A stretch of 64,000 nucleotides of DNA from positions 98,551 to 162,550 of the forward strand of contig RFNZ01000003.1 of NCBI GenBank assembly GCA_009926935.1. Reading direction: 5' to 3'. Shown here piece after piece: positions 1-9,528 of the stretch; the first letter of the stretch is position 1, and every line of letters starts with the position of its first letter. Origin of the DNA: Pseudomonadota bacterium (GTDB lineage Bacteria; Pseudomonadota; Alphaproteobacteria; Micavibrionales; UBA1664). Under the pieces are notes generated by a model. The model was not told the DNA's origin. It saw only the letters and a program-made list of their open reading frames with translations, and did not search any database. The position numbers and the translations under genes are program-made.

Positions 1-94
1 TTTATTGCGGCGCAATATATTTTACCTATTGTCGTGTGCTGTACGAATTTGCTAGAAGCAGCCACCTTTAATATTTTCGTAATGAGGTTTTTCT

Positions 95-1117
95 ATGTCG
101 CGCCCTGCTACTGCACACAAGACTCATCCGTCACACGCCTCTCAGATTTTTGCCGTATCCACACTCCGTATGGAAGATACGCAGGCTGTAAAAGCCATTG
201 CCGATGCGGCTGCCAAAGACGCGAAATATGCCGCTTATTATTACGCCATGCTTGCGCTCTTTATGCCTGATAGCTCGACCGTTGTACGAAATGGGCAGGG
301 TGATGTTACAGGTGCTTCCATCGGTATGTATGACTTTAATTTTCAGCGCCTCATTGTTTCCCACCTTGTGACTGCGCTTGCCGACGACGGCTCAAAAGAA
401 GTGCTTGTTAGAGAGACATTCGCAAGAGCCGCTCGCCACGGGGCTGAAGCGGTTGAATTTAACCTTGATACGCCACATGACGCTGACCTTGCTTCTTCAG
501 TTATTGAAGCTGCTCTCGAGTTTGGACTTGCCGGCCGCGTCATTTTCAATGACGGCGTATTGGCTAAGGCCCCCGCAATTGTAGCTCCTGCTGGGCTTGA
601 TACATCCAAGATCGTTTATCGCCATGCAAAAGCGGATGATGCATTCGGCCTTTGGCACCTTGTTAAAAAAATCAACAAGGAGAGCGGCGGCCTTGATATC
701 TATGCTCTGTCTAACTACCAGCGTCTTTGCAGAGATTTCTCGGAGACATGCACGATTGCAGAAATCGATGGGCAGATTGTTGGTTTTGCAACGGGCTACC
801 GCATGCCGGATCAGGATCGCAAGGGCGTCTTCCTGTGGCAGACTGGAGTGCACCCAAACTACGGCGGGAAGGGTATTGCGACCGTTCTCGAGAATATGAT
901 CATTGATGCCGTTAAGCCTGACTATCTGAACTTCTCGGTTGAAGCCAGCAATGGCGCTGCAAACAAAACTGCAGCTAAAAAAGCTCAATACATGGGCGTG
1001 CCGTTCGCAAACCCATCCGCTATTCCAACGGAAGTTCTGGGTGGCGGGCACGAGGCCGAAGTTATCTATTATGTTGGTCAGACTGGCATGCGTATGACGC
1101 CTCCGGGCTTACGTTGA
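95..1117 (+). CDS. EctA-like GNAT acetyltransferase (diaminobutyrate acetyltransferase family) with ~170-aa N-terminal extension of unknown function
   Basis: 340-aa ORF with GAGG 7 nt upstream of the ATG at 95. The C-terminal half carries GNAT/EctA-like motifs QIVGFATGY...VFLWQTGVHPNYGGKGIA and a terminal LGGGHE. The N-terminal half is not recognisable. Confidence 0.6.
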   Translation: MSRPATAHKTHPSHASQIFAVSTLRMEDTQAVKAIADAAAKDAKYAAYYYAMLALFMPDSSTVVRNGQGDVTGASIGMYDFNFQRLIVSHLVTALADDGSKEVLVRETFARAARHGAEAVEFNLDTPHDADLASSVIEAALEFGLAGRVIFNDGVLAKAPAIVAPAGLDTSKIVYRHAKADDAFGLWHLVKKINKESGGLDIYALSNYQRLCRDFSETCTIAEIDGQIVGFATGYRMPDQDRKGVFLWQTGVHPNYGGKGIATVLENMIIDAVKPDYLNFSVEASNGAANKTAAKKAQYMGVPFANPSAIPTEVLGGGHEAEVIYYVGQTGMRMTPPGLR

Positions 1118-1144
1118 TTTATTGACGCCGATACATTCTTGAGA

Positions 1145-1169
1145 GGCCGGCTTTTAGCCGGCCTTTTTT
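1145..1169 (+). terminator. Rho-independent terminator after the GNAT gene
   Basis: GGCCGGC-TTTTA-GCCGGCC stem-loop followed by TTTTTT, 28 nt after the stop codon. Confidence 0.8.
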
Positions 1170-1369
1170 GTGTCTAACTTTGATCGAAAATTGCAAAGAT
1201 CGCTTTTTCAGAACTTAAGTCCGGGGCTTCTGGCGATTTTACAAGAAGCCCAGAATCCGGGAGTAAATTAACGTTGCAGCGCAACAAGCAAAGTTATTTC
1301 GCATTCCAGCTCGAATGGGTACAAAACACACGCGGTCATGTTGTTTTTTGAACTCTTAGAGGAGATTTT

Positions 1370-2689
1370 ATGCAGCACGAAAAATTCAGTTGGGAATCAG
1401 GTGCACGCAGTTATTCCCGCTCGGTGCCGCAGATATTCAGTCGTGCCGAAGGATGCCATCTTTATGACCGGAATGGTAAGAAATATCTCGATTTTCTCTG
1501 CGGCGCTGGCACTTTGCTTTTAGGGCATAATCACCCTGCTATTGTTTCTGCCATTCAAGGCGTTTCGCAGCCGATCATGAACAATCTGGATTTGCGCACT
1601 GAAGCCGAAGAAAAATTTGCCAATACGCTTTTGCCGCTGTTACCTTTTTCTTGTAAGACCGATGAAATCCGCCTGCATTTTTGCGGGCCTACAGGTGGCG
1701 ACGCCGTTGAGGCCGCATTAAAGCTTGCCGTTATCAAAACGGGCCGTCGCGGTGTTTTTGCGTTTTCCGGCAGTTACCACGGCATGGGGCAGGGCGCGCT
1801 TTCGGTGTCGTCCAGCCATCATTACCGTGATGTCGGGCTTCGTGTTCAGGCAGACGTCACTTTCCTGCCTTATCCATATCCTTACCGGTTCCCGGAGCCT
1901 TACAATACCGAGGCTGCGGCTACGCAGTTTTGTCTTGCGCATCTTGAGATGCTGCTTGAAGACGATCACTCAGGCGTGTCATTACCTGCAGCTATTATTA
2001 TCGAGCCTATGCAGGGTGAAGGCGGCAATATTCCGGCCCCGCCCGAGTTTCTAAAAAAACTGCGAGCTATGTGCGATAAACACGGCATCGTTCTTATCCT
2101 TGATGAAATTCAATCAGGGCTTGGCCGTTGCGGTGAGTGGTTTGGCTGCAGCGGTATTGTTGAGCCCGATATCGTTTGTATTTCAAAAGGCATCGGCGGC
2201 GGTTTTCCGATGGCTCTCATCGCCTTCAAACAGGATATGAACGTCTGGCACCCTGCTGACCACATCGGTACTTTCCGCGGGCAGCAATATGCGATGACGG
2301 CAGGGCAGGCTTTGCTTGCGACTATCCAAAACGAAAACCTTCTTGCGAACGTGAAGGCAAGACATCAACAAATGTCTGCGGCTCTTCGCGATATTGCGAA
2401 GGATACAGCGCTTATCGGCCAGGTGCGCGGGCGCGGCCTTTATATGGGCATAGAAGTCGACAAAAATTTTGAAAACCCCGGCATGGTTGCCAAAAGCATT
2501 AAAGTTGAAATGCTTGCGCGTGGAATTGTAATGGAATGCGGCGGGCGTCAAGGTGCCGTGTTGCGTGTGTTATGCCCGCTGAATATCACGAGCGATATTG
2601 CGCAGACTTTCCTTGAGGCACTGCACGAGAGCATTAAAACCGTCGAGCAAAATCTGCCTTCTGCAAAAACTATGGCGAAAGCCGCTTAA
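1370..2689 (+). CDS. Class-III PLP aminotransferase, diaminobutyrate--2-oxoglutarate transaminase (EctB/Dat/PvdH family)
   Basis: 439-aa ORF with AGAGGAG RBS. Motifs seen: ESGARSYSRSVPQIF, GAGTLLLGHNHP, EPMQGEGG, LILDEIQSGLGR, SKGIGGGFP (PLP lysine), GTFRG and LCPLNI. Confidence 0.8.
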   Translation: MQHEKFSWESGARSYSRSVPQIFSRAEGCHLYDRNGKKYLDFLCGAGTLLLGHNHPAIVSAIQGVSQPIMNNLDLRTEAEEKFANTLLPLLPFSCKTDEIRLHFCGPTGGDAVEAALKLAVIKTGRRGVFAFSGSYHGMGQGALSVSSSHHYRDVGLRVQADVTFLPYPYPYRFPEPYNTEAAATQFCLAHLEMLLEDDHSGVSLPAAIIIEPMQGEGGNIPAPPEFLKKLRAMCDKHGIVLILDEIQSGLGRCGEWFGCSGIVEPDIVCISKGIGGGFPMALIAFKQDMNVWHPADHIGTFRGQQYAMTAGQALLATIQNENLLANVKARHQQMSAALRDIAKDTALIGQVRGRGLYMGIEVDKNFENPGMVAKSIKVEMLARGIVMECGGRQGAVLRVLCPLNITSDIAQTFLEALHESIKTVEQNLPSAKTMAKAA

Positions 2690-2690
2690 T

Positions 2691-3719
2691 TTAAAGCGCG
2701 GTTTTGCGGGGGTCGAAGGCATCGCGCACGGCTTCACCCACAAAGGTAAGCAGGGTCAGCATTACGGCGATTGAAAAGAATGCGGTAATGCCAAGCCACG
2801 GGGCCTGCAGGTTGTTTTTGCCCTGCTGTAACAATTCGCCCAGAGATGCCGAGCCCGGCGGCAGGCCAAAACCCAAAAAGTCGAGGGATGTTAAAACCGT
2901 GATAGAACCCGTGAGCACAAAGGGCATGAAGGTCAGGGTTGCGACCATGGCGTTTGGTAAAACGTGTCGCCACATGATGGTTGTGTTGTTGACGCCTAAG
3001 GCCCGTGCTGCGCGCACGTAGTCAAAATTGCGGGCACGCAGGAATTCGGCGCGAACGACATCGACGAGCGTCGTCCATGAAAACAGCAGCATGATGGCGA
3101 GGAGGCTCCAGAAGCCGGGCGTTATGATGGATGCCATGATGATAAGGATGAACAAAACCGGCAGGCCCGACCATATCTCGATAAAGCGTTGCATCAGCAG
3201 ATCCGTCCGTCCGCCAAAATAGCCTTGTACGCCGCCTGCCATTACGCCGATAACGCTTGATATCATGGTCAGCGCAAGCCCGAACAAAATGGAAATCCGA
3301 AAGCCGTAGATGAGGCGTGCTAGTACGTCACGACCTTGGTCGTCAGTACCGAGCCAGTTTTCTCTATCTGGTGCGCTTGGGGCAGGTTTTGGGTTTGAGA
3401 AATTGATGGTGTCGTAGTGGTAGCGGATAACGGGCCACACCATCCAGCCGCCTTTTTTCTTGATGAGGTCTTGCACATAGGCATCACGGTAATCGGCCTC
3501 GGTATCGAAATCGCCGCCGAGTTCTCTTTCCGTGATCATCTGGAAAACGGGCATTGTTATTTGGCCGTCAAAACCCATTAAAATCGGTTTGTCGTTGGCG
3601 ATAAATTCAGCTCCGATGCTCAGGAAAAACAGCAGCAGGAATACCCAAAGTGAATAAAAGCCACGCTTGTTGGCTTTGAATTGCTGCAGGCGGCGGGTAG
3701 TGACAGGTGATAATTTCAT
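2691..3719 (-). CDS. yejE: ABC transporter permease, YejE-like (peptide/microcin C-type importer)
   Basis: 342-aa polytopic ORF with an N-terminal extracytoplasmic loop, then the permease core. It overlaps the upstream permease gene by 4 nt. Confidence 0.75.
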   Translation of the reverse strand: MKLSPVTTRRLQQFKANKRGFYSLWVFLLLFFLSIGAEFIANDKPILMGFDGQITMPVFQMITERELGGDFDTEADYRDAYVQDLIKKKGGWMVWPVIRYHYDTINFSNPKPAPSAPDRENWLGTDDQGRDVLARLIYGFRISILFGLALTMISSVIGVMAGGVQGYFGGRTDLLMQRFIEIWSGLPVLFILIIMASIITPGFWSLLAIMLLFSWTTLVDVVRAEFLRARNFDYVRAARALGVNNTTIMWRHVLPNAMVATLTFMPFVLTGSITVLTSLDFLGFGLPPGSASLGELLQQGKNNLQAPWLGITAFFSIAVMLTLLTFVGEAVRDAFDPRKTAL

Positions 3720-4840
3720 CCGCCGGCCTTTGCGTTGAAATCGATGCGCGGGTCAACCAGAACGTAGGTGATGTCTGAAATGATTTTAAGGACAAGGCCC
3801 ATCAGCGTAAATAAATACAGTGTACCAAACATGACCGGATAATCGCGGTTGATTGTCGATTCAAAGCCCAGAAGTCCGAGGCCGTCGAGGCTGAAAATCA
3901 CTTCAATTAGAAGGCTACCTGTAAAGAAAATCGACATAAATGCGCCGGGGAAGCCCGCAATCACAATCAACATCGCATTCCTGAAGACATGGCCGTAAAG
4001 CACGCGGTTTTCGGGCAGGCCTTTGGCACGGGCCGTTAATACGTATTGTTTGCCCAGTTCATCGATGAAGGAGTTTTTGGTCATCATCGTGAGTCCGGCA
4101 AAACCACTGATGACAATGGCTGTCACGGGCAGGGTGATGTGCCATGCGTAATCAAGGGCCTGTTTCCACCACGGAAAATCGGCCCAGCCATCCGATACAA
4201 GGCCGCGTAGCGGGAAAAGGTCAAAGTATCGTCCGCCAGCAAAAAGGATGATGAGTAGGATTGCGAACAGGAAGGACGGCACTGCATAGCCGATGAAGAT
4301 GACGGCAGAAGACCAGACATCGAATGGTGAGCCGTCTTTTACAGCCTTCCTGATACCCAAAGGAATGGAAATGAAATAGATGAGCAGTGTGGACCAAAGC
4401 CCGAGCGTGATGGATACCGGCATTTTTTCAAGGACGAGGTCGATGACCGGTGTATCGCGGTAATAACTTTCACCGAAATCAAAACGCGCGTAGTTTTTTA
4501 GCATCAGCCAGAAGCGTTCGTGCAATGGCTTGTCGAAGCCGAATTGCTTTTCAAGTTCAGCGATAAATTCGGGATCGAGGCCCTGTGCGCCGCGATATTT
4601 GCCAGCGGCACCTGTGGCTGTTTGTGATTCCTGTGGTTTGGCTGCCTGCGTCGCCATATCGCTGCTGCCGCCTGAAAAACGGGATGTAGCGTCGGTTGAT
4701 AGGCCCTGCACTTTTGCAATCATTTGCTCGACCGGACCGCCGGGAGCTGCCTGTACGATCAGGAAATTGAGCAGCATTATCCCGAGCAGTGTCGGGATAA
4801 TCAGCAACAAGCGGCGGAGGATGTAGGCGGGCAAAGACAT
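3716..4840 (-). CDS. yejB: ABC transporter permease, YejB-like
   Basis: 374-aa ORF with the DppB/OppB-type permease pattern ([21 protein letters not shown]..., TARAKGL EAA-loop region). Confidence 0.75.
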   Translation of the reverse strand: MSLPAYILRRLLLIIPTLLGIMLLNFLIVQAAPGGPVEQMIAKVQGLSTDATSRFSGGSSDMATQAAKPQESQTATGAAGKYRGAQGLDPEFIAELEKQFGFDKPLHERFWLMLKNYARFDFGESYYRDTPVIDLVLEKMPVSITLGLWSTLLIYFISIPLGIRKAVKDGSPFDVWSSAVIFIGYAVPSFLFAILLIILFAGGRYFDLFPLRGLVSDGWADFPWWKQALDYAWHITLPVTAIVISGFAGLTMMTKNSFIDELGKQYVLTARAKGLPENRVLYGHVFRNAMLIVIAGFPGAFMSIFFTGSLLIEVIFSLDGLGLLGFESTINRDYPVMFGTLYLFTLMGLVLKIISDITYVLVDPRIDFNAKAGG

Positions 4841-4880
4841 GCCGCCAATTTAAAGCAATCGTCAGGATTGTAAAAGGCCC

Positions 4881-5663
4881 TTAGGCGGGTGCACGGCCAG
4901 TTAAAAAAGCGCGGTTAGCAGCATCTTTTCGTCTATGTGCATCAATGCTGCGATCGAGTTCTCCCCATGGGTCGCCTATGGGGGCGTCATTCGGCTTATC
5001 CAGTTTGAAAGCAAGTTGACGTGGGGTTACGCAGCCATCAGGCAACACCGGATTATCCCAATCGCCTTTTACTTCGCTTGTGGCTGATGCCCTTCCACGG
5101 CTGTTTGAGCTTATTAGTGTACCTATTTTTACGTCTGCTCTGTACTCGCCCGGCCGGTTCGGGATGGGAATGAGTAGTGTTCTGGAAGGGTAAGCAGGGC
5201 CAAAGGCGCTGAGATCGAGATTATAAGGCTTCTTCCTGAATTTGACGGTTACTCCTGATGGGAGCTGCATTTCTTCCTGTATGCCGTATCCGGCTACGTG
5301 CTCACGGATGGCTTTTGCCTGTTTGTGGGAAAAATACTCGAAAGAGTGCGGGAGTATAACGGTTTTGATGCCAGTATTTAAGGCGACGGAATCAATTTCA
5401 CGCATGGCATCTATAAAGCCGTTAATGAAAGCCTTATTGTATTGGTGGCGGGGATCCAGCTCCAGATATGTCATGGCATTGTTGATCAGGACCATCGGTG
5501 CAGCCAGCATAAGGGCGGTTTGATGGTTATCGAAGCGCAGTCCGCGTGCTAAGGCATCCGCTATAAAGTAGCCATCGACCGTGCCTGTGTCATCAAGCAG
5601 AGGCATACGTTTGCCGTTGCGATTGAAAGTGGCCAAAAGGTCTTTTGTGCGTGTGTTTGCCAT
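4881..5663 (-). CDS. Hypothetical protein (no recognisable family)
   Basis: ORF 4881..5687. The internal ATG at 5663 is preceded by AGGAGC, so it is the preferred start. No motif recognised. The sequence is soluble-looking and protein-like in composition. Confidence 0.5.
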   Translation of the reverse strand: MANTRTKDLLATFNRNGKRMPLLDDTGTVDGYFIADALARGLRFDNHQTALMLAAPMVLINNAMTYLELDPRHQYNKAFINGFIDAMREIDSVALNTGIKTVILPHSFEYFSHKQAKAIREHVAGYGIQEEMQLPSGVTVKFRKKPYNLDLSAFGPAYPSRTLLIPIPNRPGEYRADVKIGTLISSNSRGRASATSEVKGDWDNPVLPDGCVTPRQLAFKLDKPNDAPIGDPWGELDRSIDAHRRKDAANRAFLTGRAPA

Positions 5664-5736
5664 GGGGGCTCCTGCATTTTGGAGCAAGCTAGCAAAACAT
5701 TATGTATATTTCAAATTATTATATATTTCCCTTCGC

Positions 5737-6357
5737 TCACGGCTTCACGTTCCAGTGTGAAATCATCCAGAGGCCGCCTGAACCCTCGATAATCGAAAGC
5801 GCACCAGTCGACATTTTGCGTTTGTCGCCTTTGGCCATGTCGTCAGCATTGTTGGTGATATGCGGTGCGAAGCGGGCGATGCCGTTTGAGGTGACAACCA
5901 GCACGGTTTTTCCGTCATAATTTTTTTCACAGTGATTGGCGAAATCGGACCAGCGGCGGCGGATGATATCAGGCTGTGGCGCCCAGTCCTTCGGCATAAT
6001 GCTTTCGTGTTCCCACTTGTTATAGGCGGTTGCGCCTATGCGGTTTACGACATCGGGCTCCGCCTTGTTTTCATCGGGGCCGTGATCGATTTCGTCAAAC
6101 AAATCCGCCTGATGTATGGCGCGCACAATACCGGCCTCTTTGATAATGCCATCCGCCGTTTCAATGGTGCGTTTGAGGCGGGATGTATAAATGATATCCG
6201 GTAGGAGATTGTTGTCTTTCAGGTAGGCGCCCAATTTCTTTGCCTGTGCGTGTCCGCTCTCAACCAGTTCTAAATCCGTCTTTGCGCCTATGCGGCGCGG
6301 CGTTTCCGTGGCTTCAAAGGTGTTGCCGTGGCGGGCAATAATAAGTTTTACGGTCAT
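5737..6357 (-). CDS. Histidine phosphatase family protein (phosphoglycerate mutase-like)
   Basis: N-terminal RHG catalytic motif (LIIARHGNT). 206 aa. The start overlaps the kdsB stop (ATGA). Confidence 0.75.
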   Translation of the reverse strand: MTVKLIIARHGNTFEATETPRRIGAKTDLELVESGHAQAKKLGAYLKDNNLLPDIIYTSRLKRTIETADGIIKEAGIVRAIHQADLFDEIDHGPDENKAEPDVVNRIGATAYNKWEHESIMPKDWAPQPDIIRRRWSDFANHCEKNYDGKTVLVVTSNGIARFAPHITNNADDMAKGDKRKMSTGALSIIEGSGGLWMISHWNVKP

Positions 6358-7154
6358 GATGAAATAGCGAGTATTTTTTTAGCGCGTTCAAGGTCTTCAG
6401 GGCTGTCGATACCGTGATGGATTGGCAGGTCAGGATTAATATCGATACACTGGACGGGGATATAATTTTCTATGAAACGAAGCTGTTCCAGGCCTTCGAG
6501 GGCTTCGTACGTGCCTTCCGACATGTTGGTAAAGCGCTCGAGCACGGATACTTGATAGCCATAAAGTCCTACGTGCTGGTATACGGGCGAGAAAGTTGTT
6601 TGTTTGCGCAAATCGTCTTCGTTGCGGATAGAAGGGATGATGTTTTTTGAAAACCAGAGGGCGCGGTTTTGCGTGCTGACAGCAACCGTGGTGCCGGAAA
6701 AAGGCGTTGTTTTTTTTGCTTCACGGAGCGCGTCAAGCTCATTCCAGCGCAGGCGCTTGACGGGTGTTGCGACTTTTGTTGCAGGCTGGTTCCAAAATTC
6801 GTCAAGGACGGCTTTGAGGATATCGACGTGAAGCAGAGGCACGTCACCCTGAAGGTTGATAACAATATCGTCCGACATGAGGCCGATTTTATCGGCGGCC
6901 TCGATAACGCGGTCCGAGCCCGTGCGGCAAGTGGTCGGGGTCATGACGGCGGTGATGTTGTGTTTGCTGCAGTAGGTCTCAATACGGACGTCATCCGTTG
7001 CCACGACGATTTTAACATCCGGGTCGCCGGCAACGGCGGCTACGGCCTTATCGTAGACGTGCTGGATCATGGGCTTGTCACCCAAAAGTGCCAGAGGTTT
7101 GCCCGGAAATCGTGAGGACGCGTAGCGGGCAGGTATGATGATTGCAATAGCCAT
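6354..7154 (-). CDS. kdsB: 3-deoxy-manno-octulosonate cytidylyltransferase (CMP-Kdo synthetase)
   Basis: IIPARYASSRFPGKPL N-terminal signature, VINLQGD, and a length of 266 aa. Confidence 0.9.
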   Translation of the reverse strand: MAIAIIIPARYASSRFPGKPLALLGDKPMIQHVYDKAVAAVAGDPDVKIVVATDDVRIETYCSKHNITAVMTPTTCRTGSDRVIEAADKIGLMSDDIVINLQGDVPLLHVDILKAVLDEFWNQPATKVATPVKRLRWNELDALREAKKTTPFSGTTVAVSTQNRALWFSKNIIPSIRNEDDLRKQTTFSPVYQHVGLYGYQVSVLERFTNMSEGTYEALEGLEQLRFIENYIPVQCIDINPDLPIHHGIDSPEDLERAKKILAISS

Positions 7155-7207
7155 GAAGCCCCTAAATAACGAAAACGATCTATTTTAGTGTGCTTTGCGG
7201 CTTCGCC

Positions 7208-8986
7208 CTAGGGTTTTTTTGCCCACCAGGTATCCGTGATGCCAAGGTCATAGGGGGCCTGCTTTTCGGGCCGGCCAAATTGGCCCCAGTAAGCTACTTT
7301 CCAGACGTTGGTATGCCATTGGGGAATAACGTAGTGGCCTGCGAGCAAAACGCGATCGAGCGCCTTTGTTGCTGCAGTCAGTTCATCCTGAGTGGAGGCT
7401 GTTGCGATCAATTCGCAGAGTTTATCGACAACAGGGTTTTTGATGCCGATCAGATTGCGCGAGCCTGGCGTATCCGCTTTGTCCGAGCCCCAGTATTCAC
7501 GCTGCTCGTTACCTGGGCTCAGTGACTGGCCAAAACCTGAAACTGTCATGTCAAAATCAAAATCGTTCATGCGTGCGACGTATTGTGTTGTATCGACTAC
7601 ACGGAAGCGTGCATCAATACCGATGCGTTTTAGGTTGCGCGTGAACGGCAGAACCCAGCGTTCAAACTCGGGTTGGTTATCTACAATTTCAAAAGACAGG
7701 CGGACGCCGTTTTTAGAACGGACACCATCCGTGCCAATCATGTATCCGGCTTCATCAAGAATTTGCATGGCGCGGCGCAGATTATCGCGCGGCTGGCCGC
7801 TACCGTCCGAGATAGGGTTTTTGAAAGCTGTCGTAAAAATCTCGGAAGGAAGGTCTTTTTCAAACTGTTTTAGAATTTCCAGTTCACGGCCTTCCGGCAA
7901 GCCGCGGGATGCGTAGATGGAGTTCTCAAAATAGCTGGAAGTACGTTTATAGGCGCTGTGTGCAAGGGCCTTGTTTGACCACTCAAAATCGAATGCATAC
8001 TGAAGTGCCTCGCGTACTTTTGGGTCTGAAAAAACAGCCCTGCGCGTATTCATGACAAATGCCTGCATACCAGCGGGCAGCTTGTTTTCGATTTCCTCTT
8101 TCTTGATCTGGCCATTTTTTACTGCCGGAGCGTCATAGCCTGTGGCCCAAATTTTTGCCACGTGTTCCTGTCGCACGTCGTAACGGTTAGCAAAGAAAGC
8201 CTCAACTGACACGGTCGTATCTCGATAGTAATCGATGGTGACGGTATCGAAATTGTAGCGGCCTTTGCTGACAGGCAGGTTTTCGCCCCACCAGTTTTTA
8301 ACACGCTCGAATGTCAGGCTGCGTCCGGGTTCTATTTTTGTGAATTTGTAGGGCCCACTGCCGAGTGGTGCTTCAAGCGTAGTTTCCTCAAATTTCCGAT
8401 TTTCCCAGTAATGCTTGGGAAGAACGGGCATCTGACCAACGGTCAAAGGCAGCTCGCGGTTGCCGGCTTTTTTGAACTTGAAGGTTACGCGCTTATCATT
8501 TTCGGCGATTACTTTTTCAACATCTGCATAGTAAGCGGCATAAAAGGGTGCGCCTTTTTTGGTGAGTGTTTCAAAGCTCCAGACAACATCGGCGGCGGTT
8601 ACGGGCTTGCCGTCGTTCCAGATAGCTTCCTTGCGGATGTTAAATGTAGCCGACGCACGGTCGTCCGGTACTTCAATGCTTTCCGCCAGTAGGCCATATT
8701 GGGTGAATGTTTCATCCGCCGAGCCAGTTAGCAGGGTTTGAAATACAAGACCTGCGTCCGATGCCGAAACGCCTTTGACGATAAAAGGATTGAGGCTGTC
8801 AAATGTCCCTACGGCTGAAAGGCGCAGAGTGCCTCCCTTCGGCGCGTTTTCGTTCACGTAGTCAAAATGTGTGAAGCCGGGTTTGTATTTGGGTTCACCG
8901 TGTATGGCGATACCATGTACGGCTTCTGCCGCAAAAACAGGCAAAGAAACGAGCGTAGCCAATATGAGAACAAAACAACGGAACAT
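7208..8986 (-). CDS. yejA: ABC transporter substrate-binding protein, family 5 (YejA-like)
   Basis: 592 aa with an N-terminal signal peptide (MFRCFVLILATLVSLPVFA). Length and motifs are typical of YejA/OppA-class peptide-binding proteins. Confidence 0.75.
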   Translation of the reverse strand: MFRCFVLILATLVSLPVFAAEAVHGIAIHGEPKYKPGFTHFDYVNENAPKGGTLRLSAVGTFDSLNPFIVKGVSASDAGLVFQTLLTGSADETFTQYGLLAESIEVPDDRASATFNIRKEAIWNDGKPVTAADVVWSFETLTKKGAPFYAAYYADVEKVIAENDKRVTFKFKKAGNRELPLTVGQMPVLPKHYWENRKFEETTLEAPLGSGPYKFTKIEPGRSLTFERVKNWWGENLPVSKGRYNFDTVTIDYYRDTTVSVEAFFANRYDVRQEHVAKIWATGYDAPAVKNGQIKKEEIENKLPAGMQAFVMNTRRAVFSDPKVREALQYAFDFEWSNKALAHSAYKRTSSYFENSIYASRGLPEGRELEILKQFEKDLPSEIFTTAFKNPISDGSGQPRDNLRRAMQILDEAGYMIGTDGVRSKNGVRLSFEIVDNQPEFERWVLPFTRNLKRIGIDARFRVVDTTQYVARMNDFDFDMTVSGFGQSLSPGNEQREYWGSDKADTPGSRNLIGIKNPVVDKLCELIATASTQDELTAATKALDRVLLAGHYVIPQWHTNVWKVAYWGQFGRPEKQAPYDLGITDTWWAKKP

Positions 8987-9078
8987 AGACCCTCAGATTT
9001 TTTTGAATGTCCGAATGTACACGAAAACAAAGCAATGTTTTAGTGTCATTTGAGGGTTATTCGTGGTTAAATTTTTTC

Positions 9079-9528
9079 ATGAAGATCTTGTTTGTCTGCA
9101 CGGGGAATATCTGCCGCTCTCCTACGGCGCATGGCGTTTTCAGGCATAGGGCGCGTCAAGCTAGCCTTGATGTCTACTGCGATTCTGCGGGCACACATGC
9201 CTATCATGTGGGCGAGCCGCCTGACAGGCGTTCAACCCGTGCTGCGGCTTTACGCGGGTATGATCTTTCGGATATTCGGGCCCGTAAGGTTGTGGCCGAT
9301 GATTTTGAGAGTTTTGATTTTATTTTGTGCATGGATTCCGGGCACAAGCAGATTTTAGAGCGTGTAGCGCCTAAGCATGGGACCGCGAAAATCCAGATGT
9401 TTGATATTCAGGATGTCGCGGACCCATATTACGGCGGGGAGGACGGTTTCGAGCGTGTACTGGACCAAATTGAAGCAGCCTGTGACCGCTGGATATCTAC
9501 ACTACAAAACCATGTAAAAGCCCCGTAG
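9079..9528 (+). CDS. Low-molecular-weight protein-tyrosine phosphatase
   Basis: CX5R(S/T) P-loop at the N-terminus (MKILFVCTGNICRSP) and a DPYY general-acid motif. The ATG at 9079 is chosen over the longer ORF start at 9007. Confidence 0.85.
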   Translation: MKILFVCTGNICRSPTAHGVFRHRARQASLDVYCDSAGTHAYHVGEPPDRRSTRAAALRGYDLSDIRARKVVADDFESFDFILCMDSGHKQILERVAPKHGTAKIQMFDIQDVADPYYGGEDGFERVLDQIEAACDRWISTLQNHVKAP

